From contig CAWGGI010000007.1 in assembly GCA_963822135.1 (NCBI GenBank), forward strand, positions 7,950 through 71,949: 64,000 bases of DNA, in the 5' to 3' direction. Shown here one piece after another: positions 30,928-44,110 of this stretch. The DNA comes from an uncultured Actinomycetota bacterium. GTDB taxonomy: Bacteria > Actinomycetota > Thermoleophilia > RBG-16-64-13. The translations under genes were made by a program, and so were the position numbers. The notes under the pieces were generated by a model, which did not search any database, had not been told where the DNA came from, and saw only the letters and a program-made list of their open reading frames with translations. Within the stretch, counting starts at the first letter, position 1, and each line of letters opens with the position of its first letter.

Positions 30928-31974
30928 TCAGGTCGATAACCGGGTGAAGATCATCTTGCCCGACGGGTTCTGCAGCACCGAGGTGACCTCCACCTCCACG
31001 TCCTCGCCGATGCGCCGCCGGCCTCCTTCGATGATCACCATGGTCCCGTCGTCCAGATAGCCCACTCCCTGATCTTCCTCCTTGCCCTCCCGGAGCACAC
31101 GCAGGCGCATGCTCTCGCCGGGCATGACCACCGCTTTGAGGGTGTTGGCCAGATCGTTGACGTTGAGAACCTCCACGCCCTGGATCTGCGAGACCTTGTT
31201 GAGGTTGTAGTCGGTGGTCATGATGACGCCCTTGATCTCCTTGGCCAGCCGGATGAGCTTGGCGTCCACCTCGGTCAGGTTTGGATAGTCACGCTCGATT
31301 ATGCTGACGTGGCTGTCGGTCTCCTGCAGGTGATGCACGGTATCGAGACCGCGGCGCCCCCGCGCCCTCCGACCCGGATCCGTCGAGTCGGCGATAGCCT
31401 GCAACTCCTCGAGGACAAAACCCGGAACGATCAGATCTCCCTCCAGGAACCCGGTCCCCACTACATCGCCCACGCGGCCGTCGATGATCGCCGAGGTGTC
31501 CAGGATCTTGGGCCGCATGAACTGCTTGGCCCCTGGCTGCTGCAGGAGCCCTTTCAAGCCCAGCACCCGGGCGATGTCGGTGTGGCGCTTGTAGCCCAGA
31601 TAGGCGAACAGGTATCCGCTAACCGCAAAGAGAAGCGGGAGAAAGTACAGTCCCACGACCGGAAGGTCCACGATGGCCAAGCTGCCCAACGCGGCGATGG
31701 CCAGGCCGACCAGCAACCCGGCGGTGGTGAACAGAAGTCCGCTGGCGGTGACCACCGACGTCGCCCGGTCGAGCCTGCGGCCCAGGCGCGTGACGGCGTG
31801 GCCGAGGATCCCTCCGACAATGGCCCCGATGATGACACCCGCGACGATGCACGCAGCGATGAGAGCACCGTAGGGCACAGAGCCGTACCCCTCGGCGGGC
31901 AGGAAGGCCTTGCCCAATTCATACCCCGTAATGCCACCCACCAGGGCGAGCAGCAGTCTTATGGCGAGTACCAT
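30928..31974 (-). CDS. membrane-anchored PIN/TRAM domain protein (YacL-like)
   Basis: Four N-terminal TM segments, PIN-like core (ILDTSAIIDGR..LIVPGFVLEELQ..MTTDYNLNKV), and a C-terminal TRAM-like beta domain (..GVGYLDDGTMVIIEGG..VEVEVTSVLQ). Confidence 0.8.
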   Translation of the reverse strand: MVLAIRLLLALVGGITGYELGKAFLPAEGYGSVPYGALIAACIVAGVIIGAIVGGILGHAVTRLGRRLDRATSVVTASGLLFTTAGLLVGLAIAALGSLAIVDLPVVGLYFLPLLFAVSGYLFAYLGYKRHTDIARVLGLKGLLQQPGAKQFMRPKILDTSAIIDGRVGDVVGTGFLEGDLIVPGFVLEELQAIADSTDPGRRARGRRGLDTVHHLQETDSHVSIIERDYPNLTEVDAKLIRLAKEIKGVIMTTDYNLNKVSQIQGVEVLNVNDLANTLKAVVMPGESMRLRVLREGKEEDQGVGYLDDGTMVIIEGGRRRIGEDVEVEVTSVLQNPSGKMIFTRLST

Positions 31975-31983
31975 CAGTCCGTC

Positions 31984-32487
31984 CTAGTGATAACGGGGAT
32001 GCGCGCAGACCTCGGCGAGCACGCCGTCCAGGAAACTGACCGCGTCATCCAGGCGCATCCTCTTGGCATACATCAGTTCGGAGGCCAGGATGCGCTTGAC
32101 CTTGCCGAACATCTGTTTCTCGCCGGTGGACAGCCCCTTCTCCGAATCGCGCAGCGCCAGATTGCGGACCACGTCGGCCAACTCGAGGACGTCTCCGGTC
32201 CCGATCTTGTCCCGGTTGTGCTTGACCCTGCGGTTCCAGTTGACCGGCATCTTCGTGGGGTCATCGCGGAGCACGCCGATCACCTCTTCGACCATGACCT
32301 CGGGGATCACCGCCCGGACGCCCGCCCTGTCGATACTGTCGACGGGAAGCTTGATGTTCATGTTGTTGTGAAGGATCTGGATGCTGTAATAACGGCGGGC
32401 AGAGCCCTGGAAATCCTGATCCACTATCTCCAATATGCGCCCGGCTCCATGATTGGGGCACACCACCGTGTCGCCTACGCGGAACAT
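31984..32487 (-). CDS. carD: CarD/CdnL family RNA-polymerase-binding transcription regulator
   Basis: MFRVGDTVVCPNHGAGRILEI..RRYYSIQ... 167 aa. ATG shares one base with the disA stop (TGATG). Confidence 0.85.
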   Translation of the reverse strand: MFRVGDTVVCPNHGAGRILEIVDQDFQGSARRYYSIQILHNNMNIKLPVDSIDRAGVRAVIPEVMVEEVIGVLRDDPTKMPVNWNRRVKHNRDKIGTGDVLELADVVRNLALRDSEKGLSTGEKQMFGKVKRILASELMYAKRMRLDDAVSFLDGVLAEVCAHPRYH

Positions 32488-33569
32488 CAGCCGCGCCGCT
32501 CCAAAAGGCTGAGTTCGTGGATACGGATGAGGCCTTCCTTGATGTCCCGGGCCCGTAAGATCCCCACATGCTCCAGCGCGGCGAGATCTTCCAGCGGCGC
32601 GTCGACGATGCCCTTGAGATCGCCGAAATGCGACACCACCGTCTGGACGACCGGCTCGTTGAGCCGCGGGATCTTGCGTAGCATGCGATACCCTCGAGGC
32701 CGCATGTGCTTGTCCAGGGGCTCCGCCTCCGGACCGCAGCCGACGGCGGCCCCCACGTTGCTCAAGGAGAGCAGATCGTCCGAAGGTATCGCGGCGAGCG
32801 CGTCTTTCGCGCACTGCACCTTCTGGGGACTGCTGTCGGACAGATAGTCCGTGAGCACGGCATCTCGCTCTTCCCGGACGTTGACCACCATCTCCTCCAA
32901 TTGGAGTTCGACGAGGCGGCCCTCGGTGCCCAATTGGATGATATGGCTGTCGATCATCTGGACGATAACGAGCATCATCTCGGCGCGCTGGAGAACGCTG
33001 AGCACGTCGTAGAGCGTCACGGCATCCTGGTACTCGAGCAGAGAGAGCGAGGTGGACACCTCGTCGAATCTGGCCCTGAATTTCTCCAGGGTCCTCAGAG
33101 CCTGGTCGGCCTTATCGAGGATCGTACGGATGGGATCCATGATGTAGCGGATGTCGCCTATGTATACGGTGACCACATCGCGGGCGGCGGAGATGGAGAT
33201 GGCCAGGCTGTCGATCTGCTTGGCCACGCGTTCGGCCGTGCGGTGCCGGGTTCCGGTCTCCTGGGATTCGATGCTGGCGTCGGGCATGAGCTGCACGTTG
33301 GCGTGAAGGATGTGCGTCCCCGCCTCGTCAAGGAGGATGGCTCCGTCCATCTTGCAGAGTTCGTACAAGATCATGGGCGATAGCGCCACGTCGATATCGA
33401 TGCCTCCGGAGATCATCGGCCTGATCCTGGCCTCGTTGGCAAAGACCAGCAGTGCGCCGGTACGGGCACGCACGATATTGTCGATCGCGTCCCGGATGAG
33501 CGTACCCGGTGCGATCATCCTAAGAGCCTGGATGAGTCGTTCTTGTTGGGCGGGAGGCCTCTTGCCCAC
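32487..33569 (-). CDS. disA: DNA integrity scanning protein DisA (diadenylate cyclase)
   Basis: DAC domain (..GALLVFANEA.. ..DGAILLDE.. ..GTRHRTAERVAKQ..) plus a C-terminal HhH-like region. Intact 360 aa. Position after radA. Confidence 0.9.
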   Translation of the reverse strand: MGKRPPAQQERLIQALRMIAPGTLIRDAIDNIVRARTGALLVFANEARIRPMISGGIDIDVALSPMILYELCKMDGAILLDEAGTHILHANVQLMPDASIESQETGTRHRTAERVAKQIDSLAISISAARDVVTVYIGDIRYIMDPIRTILDKADQALRTLEKFRARFDEVSTSLSLLEYQDAVTLYDVLSVLQRAEMMLVIVQMIDSHIIQLGTEGRLVELQLEEMVVNVREERDAVLTDYLSDSSPQKVQCAKDALAAIPSDDLLSLSNVGAAVGCGPEAEPLDKHMRPRGYRMLRKIPRLNEPVVQTVVSHFGDLKGIVDAPLEDLAALEHVGILRARDIKEGLIRIHELSLLERRG

Positions 33570-33588
33570 TGATGCTCCTCGTTGCCGT

Positions 33589-35014
33589 TTACCTGTCCTT
33601 CGCCGTCTGCTCTGGCGTATGCGACCGGCGGACCGCCTCGGCTATGTCCACCACCGCATCCACACGCATATCCCCTGGATTCGCCGCGCTTCGCGCGAAC
33701 TCCTCCGCATTACGGGCGGGGACGAGGATGTGGGGCAGACCTCGCCGGACCAGCTCCTGGATGCGCTTGTCACCTTGGAGGACATAGCGGACCTTGCCCG
33801 TGAGGCTGATCTCGCCGAAAGCCGCGAGCACCGTGGCCGCTGTCTCCGTCGCGACAGGCCGAGGCTATCGCGAGAGCCACGGCAAGATCCGCGGCCGGGT
33901 CCTCCAGGACGAGCCCTCCCGCTACATTAACAAAGATGTCGGATCTAAGCAGCGGGAGCCGGGCGCGCCTATCGAGTACGGCCACGATCATGGCCAAACG
34001 ATTGCGGTCCACCCCCCGGGCCACGCGTTGGGGCATCGCCAAGGTGCTGGGCGCCACGAGGGCCTGCACTTCGGCGAGCAGGCAGCGGGTGCCTTCCAGC
34101 ACCGGCACCACCATCGAGCCCGAGCGCAGATCCCCTTCCTCCAGAAAGACCGAAGCCGGATCCGCTACCTCCACCAGGCCCCGTTCAGCCATCTGGAAGA
34201 CCCCCACCTCGTTGGTGGAGCCGAACCGGTTCTTGACCGCCCTTAGGATCCGGAAGGGCTGCGCCCGGTCCCCCTCGAAGGACAGGACCGCGTCGACCAT
34301 GTGCTCGAGCACCCGGGGACCCGCGAGTTCCCCATCCTTGGTGACGTGTCCGACCAGAACGAGGGCAATGCCGCTTGCCTTGGCCACCTGGAGCAACTGC
34401 GACGTGACCTCACGAATCTGGGCGACCGACCCGGGCGTCGAGCCGACGCCTGCCGACCAGAGCGTCTGCACCGAATCGACGACAACCACCTGCGGTTGGA
34501 GCTGCTCCAAGGCGGCGGACACCGCCTCGCTCTGGGTCTCGGTTATCAGGCGAAGGCCGCTCGTGCCGCCGCCCAGGCGAACGCTGCGCAGCTTGACCTG
34601 CGCCGCCGACTCCTCCCCGGAGACCAACAGGGTGGAAACACCCCGGGCTTCCATGCCCAGCAGAGCCTGCAGGAGCAGAGTGCTCTTGCCCACGCCGGGC
34701 TCGCCACCGACCAGGACCACCGAGCCGGCGACCAAGCCGCCGCCGAGTACTCGGTTGAACTCATCCAGACCGGTATCGATGCGGTCGCTGGCATGGATGT
34801 CCACGTCGGCAAGGCGGAATGGAGCGGGCGCCGCCGCAGACGGGATCGCGCCCCGGCCTCCGCCCCGTGCGCCGCGGCGCCGGAAGCGCGCCGCGGGAAC
34901 GATCTCTTCAGCTATCGTGTTCCACTGACCACAGCCGGGGCAGCGACCCAACCAGCCCGGGGAGACGTATCCGCACTCCCGGCAGACGAAGGACCTCTTG
35001 CCGCCCTTCGGCAT
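33589..35014 (-). pseudogene. radA: DNA repair protein RadA, one frameshift near 33860
   Basis: Zinc ribbon [22 protein letters not shown], Walker A GEPGVGKST, KNRFG. C-terminal Lon-like part continues one base out of frame (..AAFGEISLTGKVRYV.., piece 33589..33831). Confidence 0.9.
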
Positions 35015-35026
35015 GGGCCGCCCCGT

Positions 35027-37511
<2,485 letters not shown>

Positions 37512-37519
<8 letters not shown>

Positions 37520-38558
37520 CACGTCTCTCTCCTGTCAGCCGGATGCCCGAACCCGCGAATACCTCCCGCATGACCCGGGCCCGGATCTCGTCGATCTCGG
37601 GGCTCTCCAGGCAGTCCGTCTTTACATCCATATAATCCATTACGATATGCGCGGGCTGGAGCCTGCTCATCAGACTGAAGGCCGACTCTGCAGCAAGACC
37701 GGGAGCCTCCACCAATCCCTGCTCCAATCCGACCTGAGCCGCCGATACGAGGTTGACCGCCTCCTGGAAGCACATGCTCCACGCATGCTGGGCCACTCCC
37801 AGAGCGCGCCCGATCTGGTCACGCGCCTGGACCGGGTGTTCGCGCAGGAGCATCTTCCTCACCGAGCGTTCCTTCTCGATGATCTCCCGCGCCATCTGCT
37901 CCACCTCGGCCACGATCTCCGCCTCCGGCCCGGTCTGGCGGGCTACGTTGGAGATCTGCACCACACCTCCGGCTCCGCCCCAGAGCGGAGCGATGCCCAG
38001 CCCGCGGCCGACGAGTTCGAGCGCTGCTCCCGCCAGCTTGCCCGTGAGCATCAGCGCAGGCACGTGCAGCGTAGCGTAGGCCCGCAGTCCCGTGCCCGCC
38101 TTGACGGGATAAGCCGTGAGATAGCCCCAGCGTGGGTCGAACGCGTAGGACACGGCGGTCTCCAGCCGGTCGTCGAGTACGCTGAGCAGGGACCACAGCG
38201 CCTCCAGCCTATCACCCTCGCGGAAGCCGACCAGGTTGAAATGGTCGACGCCGTTGATCTCGAGTGACGCCCAGCCGTCCCCATAGACGGCGAAGCCGCG
38301 CGCCGACCCGGCACCTTCGGCGAAAGCAGGCGTCATGAGCCCACGCTCTACCAGATGGGTGATCTCCATGGGAGACATCGCGTCGAGGTCGTATCCGCGC
38401 CACGGATGTTCCCAGCCGTCACCCTTGAGTGTGCCGAGGACTTCCGATCGCAGCTCCTCGAGCGCCCCCATTTCCTCCACGTGGCAGAAACGCCGGTTCG
38501 CGTCATTGCGGCTCAGCGACAGCGCAGAGGCCGTAAGTGTGCTCACCTTCCCGCTCAC
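37512..38558 (-). CDS. mcsB: protein arginine kinase McsB
   Basis: Intact 348-aa ATP:guanido phosphotransferase-like sequence (..[11 protein letters not shown].. ..[24 protein letters not shown]..). Located between mcsA and clpC. Confidence 0.85.
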
Positions 38559-39139
38559 GCCTCGCCCCCACCCAGACGCTGCCCCAGCTCCGTCAACCGG
38601 TCACGCACGCCCGCCGCTTCTTCGAAGCGTTCGTGCGCCACCAGCTCTCTGAGCATGCGCTCCAACCTCATCATCTCGTGCCTCAGCGTGTCGGTCTCGG
38701 GTCCGCGGAGGGGCACCTTGCCCAGATGTTCTATCGGCTCCGCTTCCCGTCGGACTGTAGCCTCTAGATGATCGGCGAACACTCGGTAGCAATCGGCGCA
38801 TCCCACCATCCCCGACTCCTTGATGTCGCTGAGAGTGGTGCCACACACCGCACAGAAGGTCTCGGCCCGCCCGGCCGAGCCGGTGCTCGACGTTCCTTCC
38901 TGATCGCGGGAGACGACTTTGCGAAGCCCGCGCAGGACGGACGGCACGGCCAAGACCAGAGCCAGACCTTCGGTCTGCTCGGCGACACCCTCTGCGCAGC
39001 GCGCGCACAGGTGGGTATGGCTCACGGTTCCGTCCACCACTCTGAGAAGATGCATGGTGGCCGGCTCTTCCCCGCACATCTCACAGTCGGTGGAGCCGCT
39101 GGGGTCGAGATTCCACTCGGGCGATTCGTCAGCAAACAC
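38555..39139 (-). CDS. mcsA: protein arginine kinase activator McsA
   Basis: Two CxxC..CxxC zinc ribbons (CEMCGEE..CARCAEG; CAVCGTT..CADCYRVF) and a C-terminal UVR motif (..ELVAHERFEEAAGVRDRL..). GTG behind AGGAGG. 4-nt overlap with mcsB. Confidence 0.8.
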   Translation of the reverse strand: MFADESPEWNLDPSGSTDCEMCGEEPATMHLLRVVDGTVSHTHLCARCAEGVAEQTEGLALVLAVPSVLRGLRKVVSRDQEGTSSTGSAGRAETFCAVCGTTLSDIKESGMVGCADCYRVFADHLEATVRREAEPIEHLGKVPLRGPETDTLRHEMMRLERMLRELVAHERFEEAAGVRDRLTELGQRLGGGEA

Positions 39140-39247
39140 CCGGGCCTCCTCTAAAGACAGACCGGTTATCCGGCTGCCTACCGGCGGAAAAGTACGGGGA
39201 AACTCGGCGCGTACTCCGCCGGGAAACGTCGTTCGGTGACTGTCGAA

Positions 39248-39256
39248 ATTGTAGCA
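39248..39256 (-). promoter_or_regulatory. extended -10 element upstream of mcsA
   Basis: Minus strand reads TGCTACAAT about 110 nt upstream of the mcsA GTG. No good -35 hexamer and no CtsR-box-like direct repeat nearby. Confidence 0.35.
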
Positions 39257-39429
39257 TACCGGCCCTTTCCGGCACGGTATTGGGACGCAGAAAATACTCC
39301 CGGGGGTTCCCTACTCGACCGGCTGGAGGCAGGACCGTCTGCGGTCTTTTCGGGCGCCTAGGACGTGTACATACATGAGGTCGGGGCGTACACTTGAGCG
39401 AGTGCGATCGGCTCCGGGGAGAAGGCGAC

Positions 39430-39831
39430 ATGCGTAGGGCAGCGCGCTTGCTTGGTATTGTCGGCGGCACCCTGGGCGCGATTCTCGGAATCGCCCTTCT
39501 GGCGATAGAGGGGCAAGCAGGGCTGACCGGCGCCCCCTTTGTCGTCCTCGTGTGCGGCCTCGCCGGAATCGTAGGGGGCATGCTCGCCATCAGGCACCGG
39601 GTGATCAGTGCCGTCCTGCTTGTTGTTGCCGGTGTCGGCGGCCTCTTCGCGACTCCATACCACTGGGCCCTACCGGCCCTTCTCCTGTGTTTGGGCGGCA
39701 TCTTGGTAGCCGTTTCGCGGACTGGGCCGGACGCCCCTGAGCCTCCTCCCCTGACGGGGACCTTTGACACCGCGGACGAAGTGGGCTTCTCCGCCAGCAA
39801 CGCAAAGGCACGGAGAGACTTTCAAGCGTGA
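39430..39831 (+). CDS. small integral membrane protein, function unknown
   Basis: Four predicted TM helices (LLGIVGGTLGAILGIALLAI, FVVLVCGLAGIVGGMLAI, ISAVLLVVAGVGGLF, LPALLLCLGGILVAV). Start at 39430 or 39394. Confidence 0.5.
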   Translation: MRRAARLLGIVGGTLGAILGIALLAIEGQAGLTGAPFVVLVCGLAGIVGGMLAIRHRVISAVLLVVAGVGGLFATPYHWALPALLLCLGGILVAVSRTGPDAPEPPPLTGTFDTADEVGFSASNAKARRDFQA

Positions 39832-39878
39832 GTCTCTTCATGGCTTGGGGTAGGTCCATCGGTAGAACACCGCCAAGG

Positions 39879-40937
39879 TCACGGGTGAGGACTGGATCCT
39901 GAGCTCGACTCCATGGGCGCCCGCTTGGGAGAATCCGGCTGGGCGATCTCCTTCCCGGCTCCGGCGTCCATCGGCCGCTCCTCCCATCCGTCGCGAACAC
40001 ACTCTTGCGGGGCGCGATTCCACAGCAGACTGAGAACGTCGGGCCTGGCGTAGTGCCCGGTGGGATCGGCGAAGTTCTTGGCGCGGGCAATATCGTAGAG
40101 ATCGATGTCGGCATAGAGGATGGTCTCCTCGTCCCAGGGGGCGGGGCCGGCGATGGTCGCCCCGTCCGGTCCGAAGATGTGGCTCCCCCCGCCTCCCACC
40201 TCGATGAGGTCGGCCCGCTCGGCGGTATCGGCCAGACGGTCGACTGTCTCCTTGCTCGTGATTGCGACCGGCGCCAGCACGAAGCAACTGCCTTCCAACG
40301 CGTACTCCCGCGAAGCGCCCATGCAGGCCTCTGCTCCAAGGGCGTAGGAATGTTTCCGGTACAGGCTGAAGGAAGGCCAGGAGGCGACATGCACTTGCTC
40401 TCCCAAGGAGTACATGGCGTAGCGGATAAGAGGCTGAAGGTGTTCCCAGCAGTTGAGAGCACCGAGGCGCCCAAGAGCGGTGTCGAACACCAGCAGATCG
40501 CTGCCGTCCCCCTGGCCGTACACCGTCCGCTCGGCGTGAGTGGGCTTGAGCTTGCGATGCCGACCCAGGAGATTCCCCTCGGGATCTATGAAGAGCTGCG
40601 TGATGTAGAGGCTACCGCCCGCCCGTTCGTTCATCCCCATGACGACGTGGGCCCCGGCCTGCTTGGCGGCCTCGCACAGCCTGGTGGTTGTCGGGCTAGG
40701 GATCTCCACGGAATTCGCATAGAGCTCGGCAAAGAACTCGTTGCCCCAGAGCGGCGTTCCCAGGAAGGCCCAGGAAGGGTATCCGGGAAGCCAGACCTCA
40801 GGGAATGCGATCAACTGAGCGCCGTTTCGTCCTGCCTCGGCTATCAGCGAGCAGGCTTTGTCCGTACTTCTTTCCCGGTCCTGCCAGACCGGCGCCGCCT
40901 GCACGGCCGCTGCCTTGAACCTCGGAAACTGATCCAC
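39879..40937 (-). CDS. nitrilase / CN-hydrolase family enzyme
   Basis: Intact 352 aa. Catalytic Glu-Lys-Cys contexts IAFPEVWLPGYP, HRKLKPT and ALNCWEH. Confidence 0.85.
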   Translation of the reverse strand: MDQFPRFKAAAVQAAPVWQDRERSTDKACSLIAEAGRNGAQLIAFPEVWLPGYPSWAFLGTPLWGNEFFAELYANSVEIPSPTTTRLCEAAKQAGAHVVMGMNERAGGSLYITQLFIDPEGNLLGRHRKLKPTHAERTVYGQGDGSDLLVFDTALGRLGALNCWEHLQPLIRYAMYSLGEQVHVASWPSFSLYRKHSYALGAEACMGASREYALEGSCFVLAPVAITSKETVDRLADTAERADLIEVGGGGSHIFGPDGATIAGPAPWDEETILYADIDLYDIARAKNFADPTGHYARPDVLSLLWNRAPQECVRDGWEERPMDAGAGKEIAQPDSPKRAPMESSSGSSPHP

Positions 40938-40949
40938 GTACTCACCCTC

Positions 40950-41990
40950 CTACCGAGCTATGGCTCGCATCGAATCCTGCATATCGGTCTCCGATCTCGC
41001 TCCGACCGTCACTTCGGCCACGGTGCCATCGGGCCGCACGTAGTAGACGGTGGGGTACCCTTGCACGCCGAAGGCATCCGACAGTCGTTCGTCGGTCGCG
41101 TCCAGCGCCACCGGGAAGGTCAGGTCGTGCGACCGCATGAACTCTTCCGGACTGGGACCAGCCAGGTCGCCAGCAGCGGTCACGATGCTCACCAGCCTCA
41201 CGCCAGGAACTTCGCTCCTGACCCGATCCAGAAGGGGGAGTTGGTCGCGACATTCGGGGCACCAGGCAGCCCAGACCGCGAGGACGGTGGGGACTCCCCG
41301 ATAGGACTGCCAGGATACCGTTCCCCCATATAGAGCGGGCGCCGAGAAGTCGGGCACGGTGCTGCCGGGCGGCAGAGGCTCGCGCCGCGCGGGGCCGGAG
41401 ACGTCCACCTGATCGGGGGAGGCGGCTTGAGGGAGGTCCATCGCCCCCGTCAGGCCGGGAACGACCAAGGACGCCGCGACAACGGCGGCGAGCAGGATCA
41501 GCGGCACCCCCACTCTGAACTCCTCCTCCGAGCTCCGAGCGCGCGCCAGGAACCGATCGAGCGCGAAGCGATCCTGGGAGCCCCGGACAAGCAGGTAGAT
41601 CGAGGCCGCCAAGATCAGCGGCGTTCGTGCGAGATCGAGCCAGCTCACACCCTGGCCGGTTCCGTCCCCCCCAAAGCACCCGCAACTGATGTCCAGGCCG
41701 CGCACCTTGGCCTGTATCAGTGCGAACAGGAAGACACCCGACAGGAAGACCGCCACACCCGCTGCGAAACGGGTCGACAGACCGAGGAGCAGAAGCGCCC
41801 CCACCATGATCTCCAAGAGTGTGAGTCCCAGGGCTACCGGGTGCACGAGCAGGTCGGGGACCACGGCATAACCATGGATCACCCGTGTAGCATCCGCCAG
41901 GTCCAGCGCCTTTTGGATGCCGGCGTAGAGGAACAGGCCTCCCAGGACCAACCGCACGACGAGGGGCAGATGCCGGCGGAGGTTCGGCAC
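40950..41990 (-). CDS. fusion of MauE/DoxX-like membrane domain and TlpA/ResA-like thioredoxin domain
   Basis: N-terminal 4-TM region with CGCFG motif (..GLDISCGCFGG..), a further TM, then a thioredoxin fold with WCPEC (..VLAVWAAWCPECRDQLP.. ..GVQGYPTVYYV..). Confidence 0.75.
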   Translation of the reverse strand: MPNLRRHLPLVVRLVLGGLFLYAGIQKALDLADATRVIHGYAVVPDLLVHPVALGLTLLEIMVGALLLLGLSTRFAAGVAVFLSGVFLFALIQAKVRGLDISCGCFGGDGTGQGVSWLDLARTPLILAASIYLLVRGSQDRFALDRFLARARSSEEEFRVGVPLILLAAVVAASLVVPGLTGAMDLPQAASPDQVDVSGPARREPLPPGSTVPDFSAPALYGGTVSWQSYRGVPTVLAVWAAWCPECRDQLPLLDRVRSEVPGVRLVSIVTAAGDLAGPSPEEFMRSHDLTFPVALDATDERLSDAFGVQGYPTVYYVRPDGTVAEVTVGARSETDMQDSMRAIAR

Positions 41991-42003
41991 CTCGGTGCGC
42001 CGT

Positions 42004-43487
<1,484 letters not shown>

Positions 43488-43491
43488 CTCG

Positions 43492-43972
43492 TCACATCTT
43501 CCCTATCGCCAGGATCTCCAGGTCCAGCGCGCCGACGGGGACCGGCACGGTGACCACGTCGCCCACCCTCTTGCCGATGATGGCCTGCCCGACCGGCGAC
43601 TCGTTGGAGAGCCGCGCTTTGGTGGGATCGGCCTCGGCCGAGCCCACGAGCGTGTAGATGCGGACGTCGCCGGCCTTCTTGTCGCGGAGGGTGACCGTGC
43701 TGCCCACGCTCACCTTGTCGGTGTCGATCTCGGAGTCCTTGATGACCCGGGCGCGGCGCAGCTTCTCCTGGAGCACGCTGATGCGGTGCTCGAGCAGGGC
43801 CTGCTCGTTCTTGGCGTCGTCGTACTCGGAGTTCTCGGTGATGTCGCCGAACTCACGCGCCTGACGTGATGCGCTCGGCCACCTCTTCCCGCTTGACGGT
43901 GGAGAGGTAGGTGACCTCGTCCTGCAGTTGCTTGAGGCCTTCTTCTGTGAGAATGACTTCCTTGCGGGACAC
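43492..43972 (-). pseudogene. greA: transcription elongation factor GreA, one inserted base at about 43867
   Basis: GTG 43972 behind GGAAGGAAGG. VSRKEVILTEEGLKQLQDEVTYL..AERI, then REFGDITENSEYDDAKNEQALLEHRI..TLVG..EADP...SNESPVGQAIIGKRVGD. Confidence 0.85.
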
Positions 43973-44073
43973 TAGTTCCTTCCTTCCACAGCCGCGGAGC
44001 CAGTGTGCGCCCCGCCCGGCGCGTCGCGGCGGCCGGGGCTTCGTTCTCAGCAGCCCTTCAAGGCGAGCGCGGC

Positions 44074-44102
44074 ATTATATGGTGCAGGAACACGCTTGTC
44101 AA
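44074..44102 (-). promoter_or_regulatory. consensus sigma-A type promoter upstream of greA-lysS
   Basis: Minus strand reads TTGACA (44102-44097), a 17-nt spacer, then TATAAT (44079-44074). It lies between the inferred dusB stop (44111) and the greA start (43972). Confidence 0.65.
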
Positions 44103-44110
44103 CACGATGC

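Noticed and set aside
39129-39800. The 223-aa minus-strand ORF directly upstream of mcsA, as a possible ctsR or other regulator.
   Set aside because: Its translation is Pro/Arg/Thr-rich and low-complexity with no HTH or CtsR-like sequence. It is antisense to a convincing 4-TM membrane-protein ORF.
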